A DNA stretch of 64,000 nt from Pseudomonadota bacterium. Lineage in GTDB: Bacteria; Pseudomonadota; Alphaproteobacteria; Sphingomonadales; Sphingomonadaceae. Below, one piece after another: positions 18,741-28,000 of the stretch. Position 1 is the stretch's first letter. Each line of letters starts with the position of its first letter. The DNA is taken from the NCBI GenBank assembly GCA_040388215.1, contig JAZKCH010000015.1, forward strand, positions 17,771-81,770. Reading direction: 5' to 3'. The notes beneath the pieces were generated by a model that saw only the letters and a list, made by a program, of their open reading frames with translations, did no database searches and had not been told where the DNA came from. The position numbers and the translations under genes were made by a program.

Positions 18741-19892
18741 CTAAATTCCGTCTGCGATCTTGAGGCCACCGATCCAGGTGCCGGCGGGCCTGAGGTCGGC
18801 GGTCAGCGCCACCCAGTCGGCGCGCAGGCCGGGGGCTAGCGTTCCACGTTCGTGTGCGAAGCCGAGGAACGCGGCGGGGTTGGTCGCCGCCATCGCTGCT
18901 GCGGTCGGCACGTCGGCGTGCGTCCGCGCGACGAAATTGCGGACCGCGCCGGCCATGTCGAGGTCGGAACCGGCGAGCGTGCCGTCCTCGCCGAAGCACT
19001 TGCCGTCCTCGACATGGATCAGGCGCCCCTGAAGGCGGAAGTCCTTGTCGACCGCACCGACCGACGGCATCGCGTCGCTGACCAGCATCAGCCGGTCATG
19101 CGGACGTGCGTTGAGCGCGAGCCGAAGCGCGGCGTCGTGGACGTGCAGGCCGTCGGCGATCAGTCCGCAATAGACGTGACGATCGTCGAGCGCCGCACCG
19201 ACCACGCCGGGCGCGCGGTGGAGCAGCGGCGACATCGCGTTGAACAGATGCGTGATCCCGCTGAGCCCTGCACCGACCGCATCGATGATCGTCTCATAGT
19301 CCGCATCGGTATGGCCTGCGCTGACGATCACGCCGCCGGCGACCAGCCGCGCGATCGACGCCGCATCGGTCAGTTCGGGGGCGAGCGTCACCATCACGCG
19401 GCCCTTGCGCGGGCGGATCAACAACTCGATCATCGCATCGTCGAGCAGCCGGAACTTGGCGGGGTCGTGGATGCCCTTGCGCGACGGGTTGATCCACGGC
19501 CCTTCGATGTGCGCACCGACCACGCCGGGAACGCCAGCCTCGATCGCGGCGTCCATCGCGTCGAGCGTCGCCGCGATCACGTCGGGCGTGTCGCTGATCA
19601 GCGTCGGCATGAACGCGGTCGTGCCATAGGGCGCATGCGCCGCACCGATCGCGGCGATGCCCTCGACGGTCGGCTGGTCGTTGAGCAACACGCCGCCGCC
19701 GCCGTTGACCTGCGTATCGATGAAGCCGGGAACGAGCCAGCCGTTCTGGAGGTCGATCGCGTCCGACGGCGTACCGTCGAGTGCGGTTATCGACACGATC
19801 CGGCCGCCCTCGACCGTGATCGTCGCGCCGGTCAGCAGGGTGTCGGCGGTGACGATCGTGCCGTTTACGAAATGCATCTGCAGCGAACTCAT
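18741..19892 (-). CDS. nagA: N-acetylglucosamine-6-phosphate deacetylase
   Basis: PGFIDTQVNG, HIEGPW, SAGHT, THLFNAM, LIADGLHV and LAGSDL motifs. Confidence 0.95.
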   Translation of the reverse strand: MSSLQMHFVNGTIVTADTLLTGATITVEGGRIVSITALDGTPSDAIDLQNGWLVPGFIDTQVNGGGGVLLNDQPTVEGIAAIGAAHAPYGTTAFMPTLISDTPDVIAATLDAMDAAIEAGVPGVVGAHIEGPWINPSRKGIHDPAKFRLLDDAMIELLIRPRKGRVMVTLAPELTDAASIARLVAGGVIVSAGHTDADYETIIDAVGAGLSGITHLFNAMSPLLHRAPGVVGAALDDRHVYCGLIADGLHVHDAALRLALNARPHDRLMLVSDAMPSVGAVDKDFRLQGRLIHVEDGKCFGEDGTLAGSDLDMAGAVRNFVARTHADVPTAAAMAATNPAAFLGFAHERGTLAPGLRADWVALTADLRPAGTWIGGLKIADGI

Positions 19893-20944
19893 ACCGTCTT
19901 CGTGACCTTGCTGAGGTGGAGCGGCGCGTCGGGGTTGAGCCCGCGGCGCAGCGAGAGCGCGTTGGCCATTCGGTAGAAGCTTTGGATCATCAGGATCGGC
20001 TCGATCGCCGGATGCGCGGTGAACGCGGCGGGATCTGTTTCACCGTTCGCCTTCGCATCGGCGAGACATACGCGTGCGCCGCGTGCGGCAAACTCGGTTG
20101 CGGCCTCCCGCACGCCATCGCCGGCCGTATCGGAAGTCGCGAACGCGATTACCGGGAAGCCGTCGTTGACGATCGCCATCGGCCCGTGGCGGACCTCGGC
20201 GGCGCTGAACGCCTCGGCATGGAGCGCACAGGTTTCCTTGAGCTTCAATGCCGCTTCCTGCGCGATGCCGTAGCCATAGCCGCGACCGATCACGAACAGG
20301 TTGTTCGCATCGGCCAAGGCATCGACCACCGACGTCCAGTTCGCACCGAACGCGAGCGTCAGCATGTCGGGGAGCGTGTCGATCGCCTTGGTCAGTGCGT
20401 CGTTCTGCGACCACGCCGCGGTCAGCGCCGCGAACGCCGCGAGCGCGCAGATATAGGATTTGGTCGCCGCGACCGAGCGCTCTGGCCCGGCCTTCAGCGC
20501 GATCATCGTGTCGGCCATCTCGGCGAGCGGCGAACTCTCGTCGTTGACGAACGCGACGACATGCGCGCCCGCCGCCTGATAGGCGGACACGGTCGAAAGC
20601 AGGTCGGGGCTGCGGCCGCTCTGCGATACCGCGATCACGAGCGCGGTGCCGGGCGCCATCGGTGCGGCATAGACCGACGATACCGACGGCGCGGCCGATG
20701 CGACCGGCACGCCGAGCAGCGTCTCTATCAGGTATTTGCCATAGGTCGCTGCATGATCGGACGAGCCGCGCGCGCAGGTCACGACCACGGCAGGTGGCGC
20801 CGCGCGGAGGCGCTCACCGAGTGCGGCCAGCGCCTCGCGGTTGGCGGCGAGCAGCCGCGCGACCGCGTCGGCAGCTTCGGCGGCTTCGCTATACATCAGC
20901 GTCGGCGGCGACTCTATGGTCGCAGTATCGATAGTCTCGGTCAC
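19889..20944 (-). CDS. SIS-domain glucosamine-6-phosphate deaminase (NagB-II type)
   Basis: ARGSSDHA, SQSGRSPD, VAATKSY, EAALKLKE and EVRHGP motifs, GlmS-like isomerase half without a glutaminase domain; GTG start; ATGA overlap with nagA. Confidence 0.88.
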   Translation of the reverse strand: MTETIDTATIESPPTLMYSEAAEAADAVARLLAANREALAALGERLRAAPPAVVVTCARGSSDHAATYGKYLIETLLGVPVASAAPSVSSVYAAPMAPGTALVIAVSQSGRSPDLLSTVSAYQAAGAHVVAFVNDESSPLAEMADTMIALKAGPERSVAATKSYICALAAFAALTAAWSQNDALTKAIDTLPDMLTLAFGANWTSVVDALADANNLFVIGRGYGYGIAQEAALKLKETCALHAEAFSAAEVRHGPMAIVNDGFPVIAFATSDTAGDGVREAATEFAARGARVCLADAKANGETDPAAFTAHPAIEPILMIQSFYRMANALSLRRGLNPDAPLHLSKVTKTV

Positions 20945-20978
20945 GGTAAGCCCCCCGGCCGGCGCCCGTGCGCCAGCG

Positions 20979-21716
20979 TCAGATGTCGTTCAGTTCGGCG
21001 ACGAGGTCGTACGCGTCGCCACGATAGTAGGATTGGGTGAATTCGGCGGCCCGGCCATCGCGCAGGAAACCACGGCGCTCGATGAACAGGCCGGCATGGC
21101 CTGCATCGACGCCGAGCATCTTGGCATGCTCCGGGCTGAAATGAACCGCGCGCAGGCGTTGCAACGCGCGGACCGGACGGTTGCCCGCCGCTTCGAGCGC
21201 TTCGTACAACGAGTCCTGGACGGCATCGATCGTCGGCAGGCAGTATCCGGCGATCGTCGAATATTCGAGTGCCATCGGGGTGTCGTCAGCGTAGCGAATG
21301 CGCTGGAACCGGTACACCGCCGAGCCAGGCGACAGCCCGAGCGACAGCGATTCCTCGGGCGTCACCATACCGATCGTCCGGCTGACCCATGCGCTGCTCG
21401 GCGTGCGACCGCGCGACTGCATATCCTCCGAGAAGGACGACAGTTTCGAGAAGCTCTTCTCGACGCGAGTGGCGACGAACGTCCCCGCGCCGCGGCGGCG
21501 GGTGAGCAGGCCTTCCTCCACCAGCCCGCCGATCGCTTTTCGCACGGTGATGCGCGACACGTCGTATTCGATCGCAAGATCGCGTTCGGCCGGCAGCGCA
21601 TCGTCCTTGGCCAGCACGTTGCGGTTGATCGCATCGCGGATCAACTGCTGAAGCTGGACGTACAACGGCGCGGGATTGCCATCCCGGAACCTGCCAATGC
21701 TCGTTGAAAAGGACAT
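20979..21716 (-). CDS. GntR/HutC-family (UTRA) regulator, NagQ-like
   Basis: PLYVQL...LPAERDLA...VSRITVRKA...GAGTFV HTH plus UTRA domain; heads the nag genes. Confidence 0.9.
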   Translation of the reverse strand: MSFSTSIGRFRDGNPAPLYVQLQQLIRDAINRNVLAKDDALPAERDLAIEYDVSRITVRKAIGGLVEEGLLTRRRGAGTFVATRVEKSFSKLSSFSEDMQSRGRTPSSAWVSRTIGMVTPEESLSLGLSPGSAVYRFQRIRYADDTPMALEYSTIAGYCLPTIDAVQDSLYEALEAAGNRPVRALQRLRAVHFSPEHAKMLGVDAGHAGLFIERRGFLRDGRAAEFTQSYYRGDAYDLVAELNDI

Positions 21717-21803
21717 GAAGGCGACTTTCGATGATGCCGGAGCGGGCCTCGAAACGAGAATGACCCGGCAACCGATCTTGGATACGTTATGTATTGGTAT
21801 TGT

Positions 21804-22580
21804 TCAAGCGGCTTGACCGACTGTGTTTCTGAGTACGGCCTTGAGATTTCGTACGCGCGTAACATCGGTATTGCGACGCGCGGCCGCAGCAAAGCCGAAT
21901 TGACGCTGGCGCGCAGTCGTTGCGGACGTGCCGTCTTCGTTGCTAGATGCGACGAGACTGCCGCAGGACGCGTGGACTTCCCCGATGCCCGTCGCGAGGA
22001 TTTCCGAGACGTTGCCAGCATCGATGCCGCTACCGGCGAGGATCACGATGCGGCCCGCGGCACGACGATGGAGCGTGTCCAGCATCGCGAGCCCGTCGAC
22101 CGCCTTGGGTTCGCCGCCTGAGGTCAGGACGCGGTCGAAACCGAGTGCGATCGCGGCGTCGAGTGCGGCCGGCATGTCATCGCACAGGTCGATCGCACGG
22201 TGCAGCGTCAGCGATAGTGGCACGCTACGCGCCGTACTCAAGGTGCGGGCATGGGTGACGAGCGCCGCGAGTAGATCGGTGTCGAGGCTGTGGTCAGCGC
22301 GGCTGGCGCCGATCACGACGCCCGCAAGGCCTGCGTCGCTGGCGGCGGTCATGTCCGCGGCAATCATGGCCGCCTCGCGCGCGTTATAGTGGAAGCCGCC
22401 TTCGCGGGGTCTGGCGAGCAGATGGACGGGAATCGAAATGGCCGTCGCCGCGGCGATCAGAGAGGGCGAGGGGGTCAGTCCACCTAAAGCCAGAGCCGCG
22501 CACAACTCAATCCGGTCGCCGCCACCCGCGACGGCCGAATCGAGCCCCGCGATATCGTCGACACAGATTTCTAAGGTCAT
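21804..22580 (-). CDS. cutC: CutC-family (PF03932) TIM-barrel protein
   Basis: Likely start MTLEICVDD at 22580; RIELC, GGLTPS, RPREGGF, HRAID, RVLTSG and ILAGSGI motifs. Confidence 0.9.
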   Translation of the reverse strand: MTLEICVDDIAGLDSAVAGGGDRIELCAALALGGLTPSPSLIAAATAISIPVHLLARPREGGFHYNAREAAMIAADMTAASDAGLAGVVIGASRADHSLDTDLLAALVTHARTLSTARSVPLSLTLHRAIDLCDDMPAALDAAIALGFDRVLTSGGEPKAVDGLAMLDTLHRRAAGRIVILAGSGIDAGNVSEILATGIGEVHASCGSLVASSNEDGTSATTARQRQFGFAAAARRNTDVTRVRNLKAVLRNTVGQAA

Positions 22581-22596
22581 CAGGCAGCCTTCAGTG

Positions 22597-22882
22597 AATG
22601 GTAATAATATTACGTTTGGCCGATCGAATCGCATGCTTCAATCCCCAAAAATATGGAGACCGGTAAGAAAATGGTATTAGAGCTCGTTCGGCGCTTGGAG
22701 CGGGCAGGCGCCTGTCTGAGGGCTCTAAGGCCTTGTAAGGGCCTATTATACAACGAGAAAACCAGAGGATGGGCGGCTGACCGAATTGGTAACCAAACTG
22801 TAATTTCCGATGGATTCCGAAATCAAATTGGTTATACGGTAGCCCTACCAAGTCGCTTAGATAGTAACCAAAACAGTACCAA
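22597..22882. promoter_or_regulatory. Divergent cutC/TBDR promoter region with multiple TGGT/ACCA GntR(HutC)-type half-sites
   Basis: AT-rich region with AATGGTAAT (~22597), ATGGTATT (22671), TTGGTAACCAA (22786-22796), TTGGTTATAC (22828), GGTAG-CC-CTACC (22838-22849), TAACCAA and TACCAA (~22865-22882). Confidence 0.5.
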
Positions 22883-22953
22883 GCGACGGGTGATCAAAGG
22901 GGCGCGGCATGCGTCGGGGTGGCGCTGCGGCGCTGAGGGAAGGGGCTTTGACG

Positions 22954-25743
22954 ATGGTTTTCCGTAAGCAGATTTTGTTGGCTTCGAGCGCGGCCGTGTT
23001 CGTCGCCGCAACGCCGAGCGTATTCGCGCAGGTTGTCGCACCATCGGCTGAGGCTGCCGCAGCGCCGCAAACTGCCACGCCGGCCGCTCCCGTCGCCGAC
23101 GAAACCGGCGATGACATCGTCGTTACCGGTATCCGGGGCAGTTTGCGTAGTGCGATTGCGGTTAAGCGTCAGGCCAATGCGATCGTCGACGTCATCAGTG
23201 CCGAGGCGATCGGCAAGTTCCCGGACCGCAACGTCGCCGAATCCCTCTCGCACGTTCCCGGCGTCAGCATCGATCGTCGCTTCGGCGAGGGCGAGAAGGT
23301 TGCGATCCATGGTACCGATCCGGCGCTCAACCGCATGCTGCTCGACGGCCACGCGGTCGCCTCGGCCGACTGGGGCGGCAACGACAACGACCCGACCAGC
23401 CGTACCTTCAACTATTCGCTGCTCGCCCCCGAGCTCGTCGAGCGCCTCGAAGTCTACAAGTCGCCTGAGCCGCGGATCGAGGAAGGCAGCATCGGCGGCA
23501 CCGTCATCGTCCGTACGCGCCGTCCGCTCGACACGCCCGCCAACTCGATCTTCGCATCGGGTGGCTATTCGTACAACGACCGTGCCGACAAGGGTAACGT
23601 CCGCGCTTCGGGTCTGTACAGCTGGCACAACGAGGGCGGCACGTTCGGCGTGCTTGGCGCCGTCACCTATGACAAGCAGAGCCTGACCCGCGCAGGCGTC
23701 GAATTCTTCGGCTTCGAGAATGCCAGCGACCGCTTCTTCCAGAAGGATACGAACGGAGTGCTCGTCCGCGACGCGAGCGGGCAGCCGGTCTTGAAAAATA
23801 CCGCTGCGACCGTCACCGGCGGCACGCGCCAGGACCTTGCCAACGCGGTATCGCCGTTCGGCATCAACTACGCGTATTTCACGCAGGAGCGTAAGCGCAT
23901 CAGCTATGTCGGCACGGTCCAGGCCAAGCCGACCGACGACATCACGCTGACGCTGAACGGCCTGCATATCGACGGCAACTACAACAACAGCAGCCAGTCG
24001 ATGTACGTGATCCCCGGCGCGTGGAGCGGCGACGTTCTCCAGTCGGCGACGGTCGCGAACGGCGTCGTCACCAATGCCAGCTTCGGCGCGGCCTCGGCGA
24101 ACAGCCAGAGTGCGCAGCTCGATCTGCTGATCCGCAAGACCAAGCTGACCACCGACAACCTCAACTTCGTCGGCGAATGGGAAGGTCCGGGCGGCTCGAG
24201 CGTGTCGGCGACGGCCGGCTGGAGCAAGGCGATCGGCGGGCGCAATCCCGAATATCTGCTCGATGTGCGGACCGACCTTCCGTACAGCTACGGCTTCACC
24301 TCCGACAGCGCGAACGTCGACTATGTCGGCGACCTGACCAACCCCGCGAACTATCGCCGCAGCAACGGCGCGCAGCCCCAGACGATCGATGGCGCCCCCG
24401 TCATCGTCAACGGTACGCAGCTTAACGCGGCGCGCGCGGGTGGTATCGATTTCTCCAAGACGATCGATCGCGATTACTACGCAGGCTATGACGCGGTCAT
24501 CCCGTTCGAGGCGGGGCCGTTCAAGGAAATCCGCATCGGCGGCAAGTTCACCGATCACCGCAATCGCCTGAACGCGAGCGGCTTCAACAACTACTCGACC
24601 TCGAACTACACGCTGGCGAGCCTCGGCGTCGACACGATGACGACGCCGAACGGCACGTTCGACGGCACCGGCGGCACCGGCAACGCGACCAAGTACATCA
24701 ACCTGTCGCAGCAGACGGTCATCGACATCCTCGCCAATTCGGTGAACGTCGCCGTCGCCAAGCCGACCGCGTCGTACATCGTCGACGAGACGGTCGCGGC
24801 GAACTACGTCCAGCTGAACTTCGATCAGAGCGGCTTCCGCGGCAACATCGGTGGTCGTCTGGTCTATACCAAGAACGTGTCGAACTATGCCGATCAGGTC
24901 TCCGGCGAAGAAGGCACCCTGCCAACGATCGTGCCGCAGCGTGTTCAGAACGACTATCTGAAGTTTCTCCCAAGCCTGAACGTTGCCTATGAGGCGGGCG
25001 CCCACCTGATCTTTCGCGGCAGCGCCGCCAAAGTCATTGCTCGCCCGCGCTACGAACAGCTCGGTGGGTCGGTCGGTCGCAACGACATCACGCTGGATGC
25101 AAGCGGCGGCAACCCGAACCTGAAGCCGTACCAGTCGACCAACTACGAACTGTCCGCAGAATATTATCCGCGCGAAGGTACACTGTTGTCGCTCGAACTG
25201 TTCCGTCGCGAGGTGAAGGATTACATCCTTAATCGGCAGACCCGCCAGACGTTCTTCAACGAGCTTAACCAGGTCAACGCATCCTATCTCGTGTCGCAGC
25301 CGATTAATGGTGGCGACGCGAACGTCAACGGTGCGCTGGTCTCCGCGCAAGGTGAAATCTGGCACGGCTTCGGGCTGCAGGCGAACTATTCGTATGCCGA
25401 AAGCTCGACTGACGAAGGGCTGAACCTGCCTTATCTGTCAAAGCACACCGTCAACGTGATCCCGTATTACGAGAACGGGCCGTTCCAGGCGCGACTGAGC
25501 TATAACTATCGGTCGTCGTATTTCCGCCAAATCGGTCGCCTGAACGCGATCGACATGGTCGCGCCGTACAGCCAGCTCGATTTCTCGGCAGGCTTCAACC
25601 TGACCAAGGCGGTGACGCTGACGGTCAACGCGCAGAACCTGCTCGACTCGACCTATACGCAGTATAGCGGCTCGCGCGATCGGCCGACGGCGTTCTACAA
25701 GAACGGCCGCACGTACGTCGCGTCGGTCTCGTTCAGGATGTAA
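22954..25743 (+). CDS. TonB-dependent receptor (glycan/oligosaccharide type)
   Basis: Sec signal; DIVVTGIR; plug motif DVISAEAIGKFPDRNVAESLSHVPGV; GNPNLKPY; NAQNLLD...GRTYVASVSF terminus. Confidence 0.95.
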   Translation: MVFRKQILLASSAAVFVAATPSVFAQVVAPSAEAAAAPQTATPAAPVADETGDDIVVTGIRGSLRSAIAVKRQANAIVDVISAEAIGKFPDRNVAESLSHVPGVSIDRRFGEGEKVAIHGTDPALNRMLLDGHAVASADWGGNDNDPTSRTFNYSLLAPELVERLEVYKSPEPRIEEGSIGGTVIVRTRRPLDTPANSIFASGGYSYNDRADKGNVRASGLYSWHNEGGTFGVLGAVTYDKQSLTRAGVEFFGFENASDRFFQKDTNGVLVRDASGQPVLKNTAATVTGGTRQDLANAVSPFGINYAYFTQERKRISYVGTVQAKPTDDITLTLNGLHIDGNYNNSSQSMYVIPGAWSGDVLQSATVANGVVTNASFGAASANSQSAQLDLLIRKTKLTTDNLNFVGEWEGPGGSSVSATAGWSKAIGGRNPEYLLDVRTDLPYSYGFTSDSANVDYVGDLTNPANYRRSNGAQPQTIDGAPVIVNGTQLNAARAGGIDFSKTIDRDYYAGYDAVIPFEAGPFKEIRIGGKFTDHRNRLNASGFNNYSTSNYTLASLGVDTMTTPNGTFDGTGGTGNATKYINLSQQTVIDILANSVNVAVAKPTASYIVDETVAANYVQLNFDQSGFRGNIGGRLVYTKNVSNYADQVSGEEGTLPTIVPQRVQNDYLKFLPSLNVAYEAGAHLIFRGSAAKVIARPRYEQLGGSVGRNDITLDASGGNPNLKPYQSTNYELSAEYYPREGTLLSLELFRREVKDYILNRQTRQTFFNELNQVNASYLVSQPINGGDANVNGALVSAQGEIWHGFGLQANYSYAESSTDEGLNLPYLSKHTVNVIPYYENGPFQARLSYNYRSSYFRQIGRLNAIDMVAPYSQLDFSAGFNLTKAVTLTVNAQNLLDSTYTQYSGSRDRPTAFYKNGRTYVASVSFRM

Positions 25744-25746
25744 CAC

Positions 25747-25780
25747 GGGGGCGCGTCGGGAACGGCGCGCCCTCCTCTTT
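25747..25780 (+). terminator. Probable intrinsic terminator or stabilising hairpin after the TBDR
   Basis: 12-bp GC stem GGGGGCGCGTCG-GGAA-CGGCGCGCCCTC (two G-U pairs) followed by CTCTTT. Confidence 0.6.
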
Positions 25781-25813
25781 GACGCTCTCTATGACGGAAG
25801 CACACCGCCACGC

Positions 25814-28000
25814 ATGATATCGGGACGGATCAGGACAGGGTTGCAGCGGATCGGGCAGTGGGGTGCCGGGTTCGCTTCGGCCGTCCTGATGCTGGTGCCG
25901 CTATTGGTGCCGCTGCCCGCCGCGGCAGAGCGGATCGACCTCGATGCGGGGTGGAGCTTCTGGTTGGCGAAAGATGCGCCGGCTGATCCGGCGTGGCTGA
26001 AAGCCGATCCGGTGGGGGCGCAGAGCGTTGTGGTTCCGCACAGCTGGCCGCTGTCGCGTGGTGCGGCCGCCGAGGGCGTCGGCTGGTATGCGCGGACGCT
26101 GGTGGTGCCGGAGGCGATCGTCGGCAAGCATCTCGAACTGCATTTCGATGCAGTGTTCTATGCAGCGCGCGTTTGGGTGAACGGGACGCTCGTCGGTAGC
26201 CACGAGGGCGGGCATACCGCGTTCGACCTCGACGTCTCGAAAATGCTGAAGCTGGGCGCAAATCGGATCGTCGTCTCGGCCGATGACCGGCCGGGGTTTG
26301 CGACGATTCCGGGATACGCGATGCGTCTCCAGGGTTCGGGGAACGTCTGGTACGACTGGTGGCATAGCGGCGGGATCACGCGCGACGTGTCGCTGCGGAT
26401 CGCTGAGGGTGGATTGATCCGCCGCCAGCGGATTCGCCAGGTCCTGCGCGCCGATAGCGCGACGGTCACCAGCGGTGTCGCGATCGAAAATATCGACGCG
26501 AAGGCGCATACCTACGGACTGACGACGATCGCGATCGATCCAGACGGCCGCGAGGTTGCGCGGACATCCAGGAGCGTGATGGTGGCTGCGTCTTCGGCGG
26601 CGACGCCCGATGCTGCGCTGACGATTACCAAGCCGCAGCGGTGGCAGATCGGTGCGGGGAAGCTGTATCGGATCGTCGCCGAGTTGCGCGACGAGAAGGG
26701 CGTGGTGGTCGACCGGCGCGAGGATACGATAGGCCTGCGCACGCTCGCGCTCCGCGACCGGCGGCTGTACGTCAACGACGTCGCGGTGCGCCTTACCGGC
26801 GTGACGCGGCATGAGGATTCGCCGTGGGAGGGTGCCGCCGAAACGCGCGGGACGATCCTGCACGACATGCGCGATCTCGCCGCGCTGCACGTCACGCTGA
26901 CGCGGCCGGTGCATTACCCGCAGCCGCAGAGCGTGTTCGATGCGGCGGACCGCGCGGGGATACTGCTGATCCCCGAGATCCCGATCTGGCAGATGACCGC
27001 GGCGCAATTGGGTGATCCGCGGCTGCTGGTCCGCGCCAAGGCGATGATGGCCGAGATGATCGCCGAGAGCGGCAATCATCCGAGCGTGCTAGCGTGGAGC
27101 GTGATGAACGAGAGCGAGGCCGCGACGCCGCAGGGGCTCGCGTTCGTGAAGGCCATGAAGGCGCATATCAACGCGATCGATCCCGGCCGGTTCGTGACCT
27201 TCGCGGACTCCGAGATCGCGATCCGGCCGGTCCGCGTGCCCGCACTGGTCGAGGCCGATTTCGTCATGGCCAACGCCTATTTCGGGACATGGAGCGGCGC
27301 GGCGTCGGGCGTCGGTCCGTGGCTCGACGCGTTCGGCAAGGCGTATCCCGACCGGATGCTGGTCATCTCCGAATTCGGCTGGCCTGGGCCGTTCTCGAAG
27401 GACAGCGCGAGCGCGGACGTGGCGCGCACCGAAAACCTCAAGGACCAGCTCGCGGCGTTCGCGACGCGGCCTTGGGTCGGTGGTGCGATCTTCTGGAGCT
27501 ATTCGGATTACCGTTCGAACAAGAACCTCTTCGCGGGGCTTGCCGATGGCTATGTCGATCATGGTCTGGTCGATCCCGATCGCCAGCGCCGGCCGAGCTA
27601 TTTCGCCTGGGAGGCCGCCAATCGCGCGGTCTCCGCGACCGTCGACCTGACGATGGCGGGCGAGATCCCGACCGGCTTCACCGCGACCGTTGCGGGGGCT
27701 GCGAGGGACGCGTTGCCGTCCTATCCGCTGATCGGTGCGCGGCTACACTGGCGCGCGATGGGCGGCGATCGCGTGTTGCTCGGCGAGGGTGAGGAGGCGC
27801 TGCCGGTGATCGCGCCGGGTGGCACGGCGAAGGTCTCCGCATCGTGGGCGGGTCGTCTTTCGCCCGTCACGGTTACGGTCGATATCCTGACCGCGGAAGG
27901 CGCGCGCGCCGGCGGCGTCGTCCGCGATTACGAACCGTTCAAGGCGGGGTCGGCCGCCTATCCGCCCGATCCTGCGCAATTGCCGAAGGCTCCTTCATGA
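25814..28000 (+). CDS. GH2 glycoside hydrolase, beta-galactosidase/glucuronidase-like subgroup
   Basis: LHFDAV, GVTRHED, RPVHYP, WSVMNE (acid/base) and ISEFG (nucleophile). The exact start is uncertain. Confidence 0.85.
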   Translation: MISGRIRTGLQRIGQWGAGFASAVLMLVPLLVPLPAAAERIDLDAGWSFWLAKDAPADPAWLKADPVGAQSVVVPHSWPLSRGAAAEGVGWYARTLVVPEAIVGKHLELHFDAVFYAARVWVNGTLVGSHEGGHTAFDLDVSKMLKLGANRIVVSADDRPGFATIPGYAMRLQGSGNVWYDWWHSGGITRDVSLRIAEGGLIRRQRIRQVLRADSATVTSGVAIENIDAKAHTYGLTTIAIDPDGREVARTSRSVMVAASSAATPDAALTITKPQRWQIGAGKLYRIVAELRDEKGVVVDRREDTIGLRTLALRDRRLYVNDVAVRLTGVTRHEDSPWEGAAETRGTILHDMRDLAALHVTLTRPVHYPQPQSVFDAADRAGILLIPEIPIWQMTAAQLGDPRLLVRAKAMMAEMIAESGNHPSVLAWSVMNESEAATPQGLAFVKAMKAHINAIDPGRFVTFADSEIAIRPVRVPALVEADFVMANAYFGTWSGAASGVGPWLDAFGKAYPDRMLVISEFGWPGPFSKDSASADVARTENLKDQLAAFATRPWVGGAIFWSYSDYRSNKNLFAGLADGYVDHGLVDPDRQRRPSYFAWEAANRAVSATVDLTMAGEIPTGFTATVAGAARDALPSYPLIGARLHWRAMGGDRVLLGEGEEALPVIAPGGTAKVSASWAGRLSPVTVTVDILTAEGARAGGVVRDYEPFKAGSAAYPPDPAQLPKAPS

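Noticed and set aside
21804-22580. Copper-resistance function for cutC
   Set aside because: The name is historical, there are no recognisable copper transport or oxidase genes nearby, and the context is entirely amino-sugar metabolism.
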